Source: Antedon mediterranea (taxonomy: Eukaryota > Animalia > Echinodermata). Taken from it: a DNA stretch of 64,000 bases. How positions within the stretch are numbered: the first letter of the stretch is position 1; every line of letters starts with the position of its first letter. Position numbers and translations under genes: made by a program. The stretch spans positions 23,794,795 through 23,858,794 of the forward strand of contig NC_092670.1 of the NCBI RefSeq assembly GCF_964355755.1. Direction: 5' to 3'. Shown in pieces: positions 1-12,679 of this stretch. Below the pieces are notes generated by a model that was given only the letters and a program-made list of their open reading frames with translations, made no database searches and was not told the DNA's origin.

Positions 1-600
1 CAATTCGACGTGCTCGTATTGACGTAATTTTAAGTCGAAATGGTTCCATATTTGGTAAAATTACTATAAAAGGCTGGAAAAATATGATTTATGTAAAACA
101 TTGACGTATTTCACGCTTTGTGTACACCGCGCGCGCAAAAATTTGCGCATCCGTGGGAATTTTTGACATGCTTAAAATGACATGAAACGCGTAAAAAGTT
201 GATTAGAAATAAATTTTGCGCATTTTGAAATTTTAAATGCGCGTGCGCGCGTAACTTCTTGTAAAACATGCCATTTTTAATCCACAAAAAGTTTGCCCTT
301 GATATGACTTAAATTTTCACAAAGTGTAAAAAAAAAATTATGTTTGGTTTTTAATCTATGATCAATCATTGAAATTCATAAAATCGCACGTAAGTCATGT
401 TGCGCAACTCTGACGTATTTAAAAAATACATGCTGCACAACTTCATATAAATGTTCATATGTTGACAAAGTTATGAAATGTTATGTTAACACATTTTAGA
501 GATACATGAGCCACAAAAAAGTGGAGGAAAGAAAGAAGAAAAACATAGAAATTGATCCAGTACAGTTACAAGGAGTTATCCGCTCAATGCGGATAACTAA
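1..600 (-). mobile_element. Non-autonomous Helentron-type (HINE) element, subfamily A, cut by the window start
   Basis: Homologous to the right-hand ~600 bp of the A units at 2648-4241 etc. Ends in the hairpin AGTTATCCGC-tcaat-GCGGATAACT-AA. Confidence 0.8.
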
Positions 601-602
601 AA

Positions 603-945
603 AGATGTGTGGAGAGGAGCTCATAGAACACTAGGAATAAATGAAACAATGATGTAAAAGGATTGTTATGAGGAGTAGTTTTAAATGGATGGGACATATT
701 CTAAGAAAGATGAAGATGAACCAGTATTAAAGAGAGCTCAGATTTGGAGGCATGTAGATGAGAAAGAGGCCTATGGCCAAACGTTATGTGGAAAGATATG
801 GTAAAGAAAGAAGGAAAGTTGGTTTGGAGGAACATGATGCACAATACAGGAAGAAGTTGAGAGATTGTGTAGCAGCCTCAAATGAATGATAGTCAGTAAC
901 TCTTTGGAAAGAGAGAAAGCTGGCTCAAATAAAAGATGATGATGA
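603..945 (+). pseudogene. Degenerate 3' end of an RTE-like LINE
   Basis: Frameshifted peptides RSSFKWMGHILRK / DEDEPVLKRA / PNVMWKDMVKKE / KVGLEEHDAQYRKKLR resemble the RTE C-terminus (RLRWxGHxxR...RPxxxWxD...AxDRxxWR). Followed by a (GAT)n tail. Confidence 0.65.
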
Positions 946-2647
946 AAGCAGGATGTTCTCCACCGTTACCTGAAACTGTTGCAATTTCATATCTTTTCCA
1001 AGTTTGGATGTCTAGATTTTTTCTTTCTACTTTTCATATCCCCAGCAGAGTTTTTCATACAGGTATGTAAATCATAAACTTCCATCAATCTTCATTTTAA
1101 CACACCCAGAAAAAATAATAATAATAATAACTAGAATTTAATTCGTCACTTTGACGAATTATAGGTGATCATTTTATCATTTTAATAAAATTAACATTTG
1201 TTAAACATGCATGTACGTTAACATACGATCGTTAAAAGTTGATGTACGCCATCCTATGACATGATGCATATACACTTATAGTGCTGAGTTCTACCTATTA
1301 TGTGTCATACAATATGTACAGTACTGTATAGCTATATACAGTGTAGCATAGGTGAAATTACGGGACTCATATCGTGTTCTAATTTTTTGGTATGATGGAA
1401 TTTTCAAAATAAACTCGAAGATAACAATTTCGAAAGATAATGAATTGAGCAAATAAATATAAGGATTGGAAGAAAATTTGACACGTAGAAGCGCAATGCG
1501 CGGTCTTTGTAATTTGTATAACTTTGACTAAAGAAATTTAAAAACTACTTTTTAACTTCAACTGGCCATATGATAACATCACAACATCCGATAGGCTTAA
1601 TTTTAATATGAATTCATATCTACATTTCATCAGCTTTCATAATAAGTTATAATCTTCAAGGTCACCTTTAATTCTGAAGAGCTATAAGATATTCAAATGT
1701 ATGGTGTAGCTGAAATTACACGACCTAGGTTATTCAAGTTTTTACGCGTGATGACGTCATCAAAATAAAAATGTTGACAACTCATTAGAAGAATAATTAA
1801 TTGAGCAAGCACATACTAAAAGTTGTGCGAAAATCAGGCTCAAATAACGGAGATGCGCTCTATTGAATGTGATAACCCACACAAAAAGATACAAATTCCT
1901 AATTTTTAAATTCAAGTGGCCATTTGATGACGTCATACCATTTTGTACGTCTAATGTGTATATACATTTGTATCTACAACTTATTGGCTTCCATAATAAG
2001 TTAAAAAAATTGGGGGTCATCTGCCATTCTGAAGAGTTATATTCATTTTAAAAGGTCCTTATTTTTTACCATTTTTAGCACTTTTGTACAATTAGTGTGC
2101 GCATTTTGTCATTTTTAACGTGCTCGTATAGCATTATTTTAAATCGAAACTGACTCAAATTTGGTGAATGTACTAAGGATGGTGAGTAGAATGAGATTTG
2201 TTAAAAAAAAAATGTTTTTACGCTTTTTAAGTATCGCGCGCGAAAATTTTTTTTTGCGCAGTAATTTTTTGAAACACGCAAATGGCCTAATTCATGCTCT
2301 AAATTGATCAAAACTTAATTTTGAGCGTTTTAAATTTTTAACACGCGAATTCACGCGCATGACCCTACGTGCGCGTGCGTTTTTATTTGCTAATATTTTA
2401 CCCTTGACCTGAAATTTACGTGTAGTGAATTTCATTAATATGTGATAATGAATTATGGAGATATGATTGATAATGTGATTTCGCAAAATGGCGTATAAAC
2501 GACGTCACGGATGAGTGATCACGCTGGAAAGCTTATTAGGATTAAGTTATATTATTTGAAAGATATTCTGAAATTTTGGTAATCATTGACATTAAACTTT
2601 TTGAGATAATTGTTACACAAAATAGTGTACAGAAACAATAAAAAGAA

Positions 2648-4241
2648 CTAGACATGTAACTCGTCACTTTGACGAGTTAGTTATCCGCACGACAAACGCC
2701 ACGCGCACGTCATACGTTGGAATTTTGTACACGGAAAAAGATTATGGCATTATGACCTGAACTGAAGAATATCAATGCTGTTAGTGCTGAATTCTGTCAA
2801 TTTTGTGTCATATAGTATATACAGTGCAAACGGTATAATCTGTATACATGTTACATACAGTGTAGAATAGGTGAAATTACGGGACCCCCCGTTTATTCTT
2901 ATTTTTAACTTGGCGACGGTATCAAAATGAAACACTAAGATAGCAATTTTGGAAGGACATTATCTCAGCAATCACATATTACCGTGTAGAAGAAATTTGA
3001 ATACGTAAAATATAGATGCGCGCCCTTTTAAATGTGATGAACTATTACGCAAAATATGAAAATACGACTTTTATTATTCAACTGGCCATATGATGACATC
3101 AGAACGTCGGATTGGAAAAATGTTCACATGAATTCGTATCTACAATCCAATAGCTTCCAGGAAACATTTTAATGATGATTATCACTTTTTATTCTGACGA
3201 GCTATAACAGATTGAAATTTACTGTAAAGATGAAAATAATTGACCCACGTTATTTACGTTTTTAGACATGATGACGTAATAAAAATTAAAATATTTTTAC
3301 CTCATGCGAAAGATAGTCGATTGATCTAGACAATATCACAATCGGGGTGAAAATGGAAAACGGATAAGTAGAGATGCGCTCTATTAAATGTGATGAGCTA
3401 CGACGAAAGATACAAAAATCCTATATTTTTTATACGTGTGGCCATACGATGACGTCACAATGTCCGGTTAGCCATATTAATACATGATCCGATATCTATA
3501 ACTCATCAACTTCAAGAATATGTCATCCACAAAAAATTGACCGTCCAGTTTAGAAATTACGACTGTTTAAAAAAAGACATAATTTTGACAAATTTTGACA
3601 AATTTGTTAACTTTTTCATCAAAAACTCGCGAAAATTATCCAATTCTACGTGCCCGTATGATGTGATTTTAAGTCGAAATTGTTTAAAAGTTTGTAAAAT
3701 TACTAGAAAAGGCAGGAAAAACATAAATCACGCGAAAAAAAAAGTGTTTTGCGCTACGTGCGTCCGCTTGCGTAAAAAAATTGCGCGCACCTGGGAATTT
3801 TTGACATGCTTAAAATGACATGAAACGCGTAGAAAATTGATTAGAAATTGATTTTTCGCATTTTGAAATTTTAAACGCGCGTACGCGCGTAACTTCGTGT
3901 GAAACATGTCATTTTTTTTACACATAAAGTTAGCGCATGATATAAATTAAACTTATGCTAAGTTTCATCTGAAATTGTTATATGGTTTTCGATCTATGTT
4001 AAATACGCGAAAAACGTAAAAACGTGCGTAAGTCACGTTGCGTAACTCTGACGTCATTCACAATAAGAGGGGCACAACTTCACGCGAATGCCCATATGTT
4101 GACAAAGTTATGAAATGTTATGTTTACATGTTTTAGAGATACGCTCTGCACAAAAATGACAGAAAGAAAGAAGAATACAGAAAAAAAAGAAGATGAAACA
4201 GGACAGTTACAAGGAGTTATCCGCTGAATGCGGATAACTAA
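2648..4241 (-). mobile_element. HINE subfamily A, complete copy A1 (~1.6 kb)
   Basis: Runs from CTAGACATGTAACTCGTCACTTTGACGAGTTAGTTATCCGC to AGTTATCCGCTGAATGCGGATAACTAA. Confidence 0.85.
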
Positions 4242-4825
4242 CTAGAATTTAATTCGTCACTTTGACGAATTATAGGTGATCATTTTTATCATTTTAGCGT
4301 TATTTTAAGTCGGAATGGACTCAAAATTGGTGAATGTACTAAGGATTGTGAGTAGAATGTGATTTATACATCAAATTAGATTTTTTACGCATTTTAAGAA
4401 TCGTGCGCACAAAAACGCATTTTTGCGCAGTAATTTTTTGAAACGCGCAAATGGCCTAATTCATGCTCTAAATTGATCAAAACCTAATTTTGCGCGTTTC
4501 AAATTTTTAACGCGCGATTTCACGTGCATGACCTTGAAACACACAACTTTTTATTTGCTAATATTTTTACCCTTGACCTGAAGTTTACCTGTAGTGAATT
4601 TCATTTATATGTCATAATGAATTATGGAGATATGATTAATAATGTGATTTCACAAAATGGCGTATAAATGACGTCACGGATGAGTGATCACGCTGGAAAG
4701 CTGATTAGGATTAAGTTATATTATTTGAAAGATATTCTGAAATTTTGGTAATCATTGACATTAAACTTTTTGAGATAATTGTTACACAAAATAGTGTACA
4801 GAAACAATAAAAAGAAAAAAAATAA
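4242..4825 (-). mobile_element. HINE subfamily B copy B2, internally deleted and interrupted
   Basis: B-type end CTAGAATTTAATTCGTCACTTTGACGAATTATAGGTGATC. Near 4296 it jumps to sequence matching B1 ~2129 (roughly 0.95 kb missing). Broken at 4825 by A2. Confidence 0.8.
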
Positions 4826-7800
4826 CTAGACATGAAACTCGTCACTTTGACGAGTTAGTTATCCGCACGACAAACGCCACGCGCACGTCATACGTTGGAA
4901 TTTTGCACACGGAAAAAGATTATGACATTATGACCTGAACTGAAGAATATCATATGCTGTTAGTGCTGAATTCTGTCAATTTTGTGTCATATAGTATATA
5001 CAGTGCAAACGGTATAATCTGTATACATGTTACATACAGTGTAGAATAGGTGAAATTACGGGTCCCCCCGTTTATACTTATTTTTAACACGGCTTTGGTA
5101 TCAAAATGAAACACTAAGATAGCAATTTCGGAAGGAAATTATCTCAGCAACAACATATTAACGTGTGGAAGAAATTTGAATACGTAAAATATAGATGCGC
5201 GCCCTTTTAAATGTGATGAACTATTACGCAAAATATGAAAATACGACTTTTTTTATTCAACTGGCCATATGATGACGTTACAACATCCGATTGGCAAAAT
5301 TTTTACATGAATTTGTATCTACAATCCAATAGCTTCCAGAAAACGTTTTAATCATGATTATCACGTTTTATTCTGACGAGCTATAACAGATTGAAATTTA
5401 CTGCAAAGATGAAAATAAGTGACCCACGTTATTTTCATTTTTAGACATGATGACGTCATAAAAATTAAAATATTTTAACTCATGCGAAAGATAGTTGATT
5501 TACCTAGATAATATAAAAATCGGGGTGAAAATGGAAAACAGATAATTGGAGATGCGCTCTATTAAATGTGATGAGCTATGATGAAAGATACAAAAATTCT
5601 ATTTTTTATATTCGCATGGCCATACGATGACGTCACAATGTCCGGTAAGCCGTATTGATGCATGATACATGATCTACAACTCATCATCTTCCAAAATACG
5701 TAATAAAAATAACTTTTACCGTTTAGTTTAGAAACTACGACTGTTTAAAAAAAGGTATAATTTTGACAAATTTTGACCAATTTTTGAACTTTTTCATCAA
5801 AAACGCACATAAATTATCCAATTCGACGTGCCCGTATGACGTAATTTGAAGTCGAAATTGTTTAAAAGTTTGTAAAATTACTAGAAAAGGCTGAAAAAAC
5901 ATAAATCACACGAAAAAAATCTGTTTTTAACGGTACGTGTGCTCCGCGCGCGTAAAAATTTGCGCGCGCCTGGAAATTTTTGACATTCTCAAAATGACAT
6001 GAAACGCGTAGAAAGTTGATTAGAAATTAATTTTGCGCATTTTGAAATTTTAAATGCGCGTACGCGCGTAACTTTTTGTAAAACACGCATTTTTTTTTCA
6101 ACAAAAAGTTAGCGCATGATATAAATTAAACTTTTGCAAAGTTTCAATTTAAAATGTTATTTGGTTTTTGACCTATGTTAAATATGTGAAATTCATAAAA
6201 TCGCGCGTAAGTCATGTTGCGCAACTCTGACATAATTCAAAAATAGGAGGTGCACAACTTCACGTGAATGCCCTCATGCTGACAAAGGTATAACATGTTA
6301 TGTTTACAAGTTTTTGAGATACGTGAGACACAAAAATGGGGGAGAAGGAAAGAAAAAACTAGACATGAAACTCGTCACTTTGACGAGTTAGTTATCCGCA
6401 CCACGACAAACGCCACGTGCACGTCATACGTTGGAATATTGCACACCGAAAAAAATTATGTCATTATGACCTGAACTGAAGAATATGATGTGTTGTTAGT
6501 ACTGAATGCTGTATATTTTCTGTCATATAGTATACACAGTATAATCTGTATACATGTCACAAACAGTGTAAAATAGGTGAAATTACGGGACCCGTATTTT
6601 ATTTTAATTTTCAAAAGGAAACGCGAAGGTACTGTAGTAATTTCGGAAGAAAATTATCTCAGCAACAACATATTAACGTTTAGAAGAAATTTGAATACGT
6701 GAAACATTAATGCGCGCTTTTTTAAATGTAATGAACTATGACGCAAAAGATGAAAATATGACTTTGTTTATTTAACTGGCCATATGATGACGTCACAACA
6801 TCTGATTGGCGAAAAGTTCACATGATTTCGTATCTACAATCCCATAGCTTCCTAAAAATGTTTTAATCGTGATTATCACATTTTATTCTTACGAGCTATA
6901 ACAGATTAAAATTTACTGTAAAGATGAAATTAATGACGCTGTTAATTAAAATTTTTAGGCATGGTGACGTCATAAAAATTAAAATATTTTTAACTCATGC
7001 GTAAGATAGTTGATTGACCTAGACAATATTAAAATCTCAGAGAAAAAGGAATACAGATAGGCGTGATGCGCTCCATTGAATATGATGAGCAATAATGAAA
7101 GAGACAAAAATCCTATATTTTACATTCGTGTGGCCATACGATGACGTCACAATGTCCGGTTAGCCATATTGATTCATGATCCGATTTCTACAACTCATCA
7201 ACTTCCAGAATATGTAATTAAAAAAAAGTTCACCTCGTTGTTTAGAATCTATCACTGTTTAAAAAAAGGCATAATTTTGACAAATTTTTGAACTTTTTCA
7301 TCAAAAACGCACGTAAAGTATCCAATTCAACGTGCCCGTATGACGTAATTGTAAGTCGAAATTGTTTTAAAATTGGTAAAATTACTATAAAAGGCTGGAA
7401 AAACAATTCAATAAAAAAAAAATACTTTTAGCGCTACGTGCGCACCACGCACATAAAATTGTTCGCGCGCGTGGGAAATTTTGACATGGTCAAAATGTCA
7501 TGATCAGCGTAGAAAGTTGATTAAAAATTAATTTTGCGCATTTTGAATTTTAAATGCGCGTGCGCGCGTAACTTTGTGTAAAACACGCAATTTTTTTTCC
7601 ACAGAAAGTTAGCGCATGATATAAATTAAACTTTTGCTAAGTTTCAATTTAAATTGTTATATGGTTTTAAATCTATGTTAAATACGAGAAATTCATAAAA
7701 TCGTGCGTAAGTCACGTTGCGCATTTCTGACGTCATTCACAATAGGAGGTGCACAACTTCACGTGAATGCCCATATGTTGACAAAGTTATGAAATGTTAT

Positions 7801-9879
7801 GTTTACACGTTTTTGAGATACGCGAGATACAAAAATAGAGGAGAAATGCGTATGCGCGCGTAACGTCTTGTAAAACATGGCATTTTTAATCCACAAAAAG
7901 TTTGCCCTTGATATGACTTAAATTTTCACAAAGTGTCAAAACAAATTTATGCTTGGTTTTTAGTCTATGATCAATCATAAAAAATCATAAAATCGCACGT
8001 AAGTCACGTTGCGCAACTCTGACGTCATTCAAAAATAGGAGATGCACAACTTCACGTAAATGCCCATATGTTGACAAAGTTATGAAATGTTATGTTTACA
8101 AGTTTTTGAGATACGTGAGGCACAAAAATGGAGGAGAAAGAAATAAGAAAAAAAAAAAAAAAAAAAGTAACAGGACGATTACAAGAAGTTATCCGCTACT
8201 AAGCGGATAACTAACTAGACATGAAACTCGTCACATTGACGAGTTAGTTATCCGCACCACGACAAGCGCCACGTGCACGTCATACGTTGGAATATTGCAC
8301 ACAGATAAAGATTATGGCATTATGACAAGAACTGAAGAATATGATATGCTGTTAGTGCTGAATTCTGTCAATTTTGTGTCATATAGTATATACATGCAAA
8401 CAGTATAAATCTGTATACATATTACATACAGTGTAGAATAGGTGAAATTACGGGACCCACCGTTTATTTCAATTTTTAACATGGCGACGGTATTAAAATT
8501 AAACACTAAGATAGCAATTTCGGAAGGACATTATCTCACCAACAACATATTAACGTGTAGAAGAAATTTGAATACGTAGAATATGAATGCGTGCTCGTTT
8601 AAATATGATGAACCATGACGCAAAATATGAAAATACGACTTTTTTTATTCAACTGGCCATAGGATGACTTCACAACATCCGATTGGCAAAATGTTCACAT
8701 TAATTCGTATCTACAGTCCAATAGCTTCCAGAAAACGTTTTAATCATAATTATCACTTTTTATTCTTACGAGCTATAACAGATTAAAATTTACTGTAAAG
8801 ATGAAATTAATAACCCTATAAATTATAATTTTTAGGCATGATGACGTCATAAAAATTAAAATATTTTTAACTCATGCGAAAGATAGTTGATTGACCTAGA
8901 CAATATTAAAATCTCGGAGAAAAAGGAATACAGATAGGCGTGATGCGCTCCATTGAATATGATGAGCAATAACGAAAGAGACAAAAATCCTATATTTTTC
9001 ATTCGTGTGGCCATACGATGACGTCACAATGTCCGGTTAGCCATATTGATTCATGATCCGATATCTACAACTCATCAACATCCAGAATTTGTAATTTTAA
9101 AAAATTTCACCTCGTTGTTTAGAATCTTTGACTGTTTAAAAAAAGGCATAATTTTGACGAATTTTGACAATTTTTTTAACTTTTTCATAAAAAACGCACG
9201 TAAATTATTCAATTCAACGTGCCCGTATGACGTAATTTTAAATCGAAATTGTTTAAAAGTTGGTAAAATTACTAGAAAAGGCTGAAAAAACATAAATAAA
9301 AAATAAAAAAAATGTTTTCAACGCTACGTTCGCACCATGCGCGTAAAAAAAGGCGCGCGCGTGGGAATTTTTTACATTCTTAAAATTACATGAAACGCGT
9401 AGAAAGTTGATTAGAAATTGATTTTTCGCATTTTGAAATTTTAAACGCGCGTGCGCGCGTAACTTTGTGTGAAACAAGCCATTTTTTCCCCATAGTCAGT
9501 TAGCGCAAGATATAACTTAAACTTTTGTCAAGTTTCATATTAAATTGTTATATGGTTTTCGATCTATGTTAAATACGCGAAATTCGGAAAAACGCGCGTA
9601 AGTCATGTTGCGCAACTCTGACGTCATTCAAAAATAGGAGGTGCACAATTTCACGTAAATGCCCACATGTTGACAAAGTTATGAAATGTTATGTCTACAC
9701 GTTTTTGAGTTACGCGAGACACAAAAATGACAGAAAGAAAGAAGAATACAGAAAAAAAAAAAAAAAAAAAAGATGATGAAACAGGACAGTTACAAGGAGT
9801 TATCCGCTCAATGCGGATAACTAAAAAAAAAAGTAACAGGACAGTTACAAGGAGTTATCCGCTCAATGCGGATAACTAA
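4826..9879 (-). mobile_element. HINE subfamily A copy A2 containing A3 (6359-8214) and A4 (8215-9824)
   Basis: A2 body stops in its purine tract at 6358. An orphan A terminus (AAGTAACAGGACAG...GCGGATAACTAA) appears at 9825-9879, directly after the terminus of A4. Confidence 0.8.
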
Positions 9880-9891
9880 TAATAATAATAA

Positions 9892-11318
9892 CTAGAATTT
9901 AATTCGTCACTTTGACGAATTATAGGTGATCATTTTTATCATTTTAATGAAATTAACATTTTTTTAACATGCACGTACGTTAACATACGATCGTAAAAAG
10001 CTGATGTACGCCATCCTATGACATGATGCATACGCTTATAGTGCCGAGTTGTGCCTATATATGCCATATACAATATGTACAGTATATACTGTATATCTAT
10101 ATACAGTGTAGCATAGGTGAAATTACGGGACCCACATCATGTTCTAATTTTTTGGTATGATGGAATTATCATAATAAACTCGAAGATGGCAATTTCGAAA
10201 GATAATGAATTGAGCAAATAAATATAAGGATTGGAAGAGAATTTGACACGTAGAAGCGCAATGCGCGCTCTTTGAAATTTGTATAACTTTGACTAAAGAA
10301 ATTTAAAAACAACGTTTTAACTTCAACTAGCCATATGATAACATCACAACATCCAATAGGCTTAATTTTTATATGAATTCATATCTACATTTCATCAGCT
10401 TTCATAATAAATTATAATCATCAAGGTCACATTTAATTCTGAAGAGCTGTAAGATATTCAAATTTACGGTGAAGGTGAGATTACACGACCTATGTTAATC
10501 AAGTTTTTACGCGTGATGACGTCATCAAAATAAAAGTAGTGGCAAGTCATAAGAAAGTCAATTAATTGAGCAATCACATACTGAAAATTGAGCGAAAATC
10601 GGGCACAAAATAACAGAGATGCGTTCCAGAAAAAGTTAAAAAAATTGGGGGTCATCGTGCATTCTGAAGAATTATTTTCATTTTAAAAATGCCTTATTTT
10701 TCACCATTTTCAACACTTTGATGCAATTAATTTGCGCATTTTGTCATTTTGAACCTGCTCGTATAGCGTTATTTTATATCGGAACTGACTCAAATTTGGT
10801 GAATGTACTAAAGATGGTGAGTAGAATGCGATTTGTAAAAAAAAATTGTATTTTTTACGCTTTTTAAGTATCGCGCGCGCAAACAATTTTTTTTGCGCAG
10901 TAATTTTTTCATGCTCTAAATTGATCAAAACTTAATTTTGAGCTTTTTAAATTTTTAACGCGCGATTTCACGCGCATGACCCTACGTGCGCGTGCGTATT
11001 TATTTGCTAATATTTTTACCCTTGACCTGAAGTTTACGTGTAGTGAATTTTATTAATATTTGATAATGAATTATGGAGATATGATTGATAATGTGATTTC
11101 ACAATGGTGTATAAATGACGTCACGGATAAGTGATCACGCTGAAAAGCTTATTAGGACTAAGTTACAGGACTTGAAAGACATTGTGAAATTTTGGTAGTC
11201 ATTGACATTTAACTTTTTGAGATATTTGTTACACAAAATAGTGTACAGAAAGAAGAAGAAGAATAAAGATTTCATACAATAACAATAGGTGATCATTTTA
11301 TTCTAAATGATCACCTAA
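9892..11318 (-). mobile_element. HINE subfamily B, copy B3 with both termini
   Basis: B-type CTAG end at 9892, (GAA)n tract near 11248-11263, hairpin TAGGTGATCATTT-tattct-AAATGATCACCTA. Short internal deletion near 10625 relative to B1. Confidence 0.82.
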
Positions 11319-12679
11319 TAAAGATTTCATACAATAGCAATAGGTGATCATTTTATTCTAAATGATCACCTAAAAATAAAGATTTCATACAATAACAATA
11401 GGTGATCATTTTAGAATATTTTATTCTAAATGATCACCTAATAATATTGATATTCTTCTTTAATTTTCGATACTGATGACTATGTCTGAATATTAAACTT
11501 TTATTAGACGCACACAGCTATGAGATATTGAATTTGGGGTCAATAGACATGACCTACATTGGAGGTACAAATAACTGACCAAATTGAGTAACTAAAGATG
11601 ACAATAAAATTATGTTTTATGTGTTCTACAAATTAAAGGAATATCATGTTAAATATCAATTGTACAGATAAAATGTACCTTTTAGAAATTAGACAGTTGT
11701 GAAGATACTCCAACATTTTAGGTAATGCAGTATAAACTTTATTACTACAACTCCAGCAATATTAAACAATCTGTTTTGATAATTCTGCAAACTACACAAA
11801 ACTATTTCAGAAAACTTATTTGAAGCGAACTTTAAATCATCCCAACCTAAAATTTATTTGAGAGATTTGTTAATTGTGAAAAACAACAGAATGCCAGTGA
11901 AATTTATATTTGATCATCAGGATAAAGTTAATTTGTACAATAAGTAAAAAGAAAATGATTGAAACGTGAATAACTTAAAATATCAAATTAATTTTATATT
12001 TATATTTCTTGTGCTACAGTATGTTGAACTAAATAAATAAATAACAATTTCTCTGAAAACTCATACAAAAAAGAACATAAAAGCTACGCTCGCGCTAACC
12101 GCTCGCCAATTCGCCAATGGCGACTGGAGTCTCCATTTGGCGAAAATAATTATTGCCTCGTTCGCCAAATTGGCGAAAATACATTTCCAAGCCTAGGCCT
12201 AGCTTGGTCGGCGTGACTTCTTATGGGAGCGAGAATTCGCCACACTTCGGTACTTTCTGACTCGGGTACACTTTTTATTTTATGTGACGACGTCACGATC
12301 GCCGTGTTCATTTTTTTAGTTCTGTTTAAACATGCGCAGAGCGTGCCTCGATGACGTTTTAATGACACACAGTTAATGTGATTGGTTCGTGGCCGGTGTA
12401 AGATTGAATTGTGTCCAGCATTCAAAAGTGTCCGGGTGGACACTTTTCAGCATTGGATAGTGTCCAGTTGCATGTTTCAACGGGTTCGTGGGCGTTTATC
12501 AACAATTTAATGCTGTCCGGCCCGTTTAATAATGTTTGACCCATGGATTGAAATGCGTCCACTATTAAATACTGTATCATACGTTTTATGATAGGTGGTT
12601 GTTTTTATCACGCCTGCACTTGTCTTGTCTTCTTTTAATAACCAATAATACTTAATGATGTCAAACAAATTTTTTTTTC

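Larger units (their letters stand above)
1131..11441 (-). mobile_element. Nested cluster of seven Helentron-type (HINE/DINE-1-like) elements; outer element B1
   Basis: Seven CTAG+hairpin(TCGTCA-ctt-TGACGA)+subTIR ends at 1131(B), 2648(A), 4242(B), 4826(A), 6359(A), 8215(A), 9892(B). Seven palindromic opposite ends finishing near 4241, 8214, 9824, 9879 (A) and 11318, 11373, 11441 (B). On the minus strand each reads TT-subTIR/IR hairpin-pyrimidine tract-body-subTIR-stem-loop-CTAG-TT. No coding capacity. Confidence 0.85.

Noticed and set aside
3190-3225. CTGACGAG...GAAA in HINE A copies resembling a hammerhead core
   Set aside because: No helix II or helix I pairing, and other copies read CTTACGAG...TAAAA.
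1760-10928. Recurrent 60-95 aa ORFs in the repeat cluster (also 52384-57139)
   Set aside because: Not conserved in frame between copies, mostly non-ATG starts, no Rep/helicase motifs.
11262-11441. Three palindromic ~55-bp direct repeats resembling a mini CRISPR array
   Set aside because: No unique spacers, no cas genes, eukaryotic intron. They are the stacked termini of three B elements.
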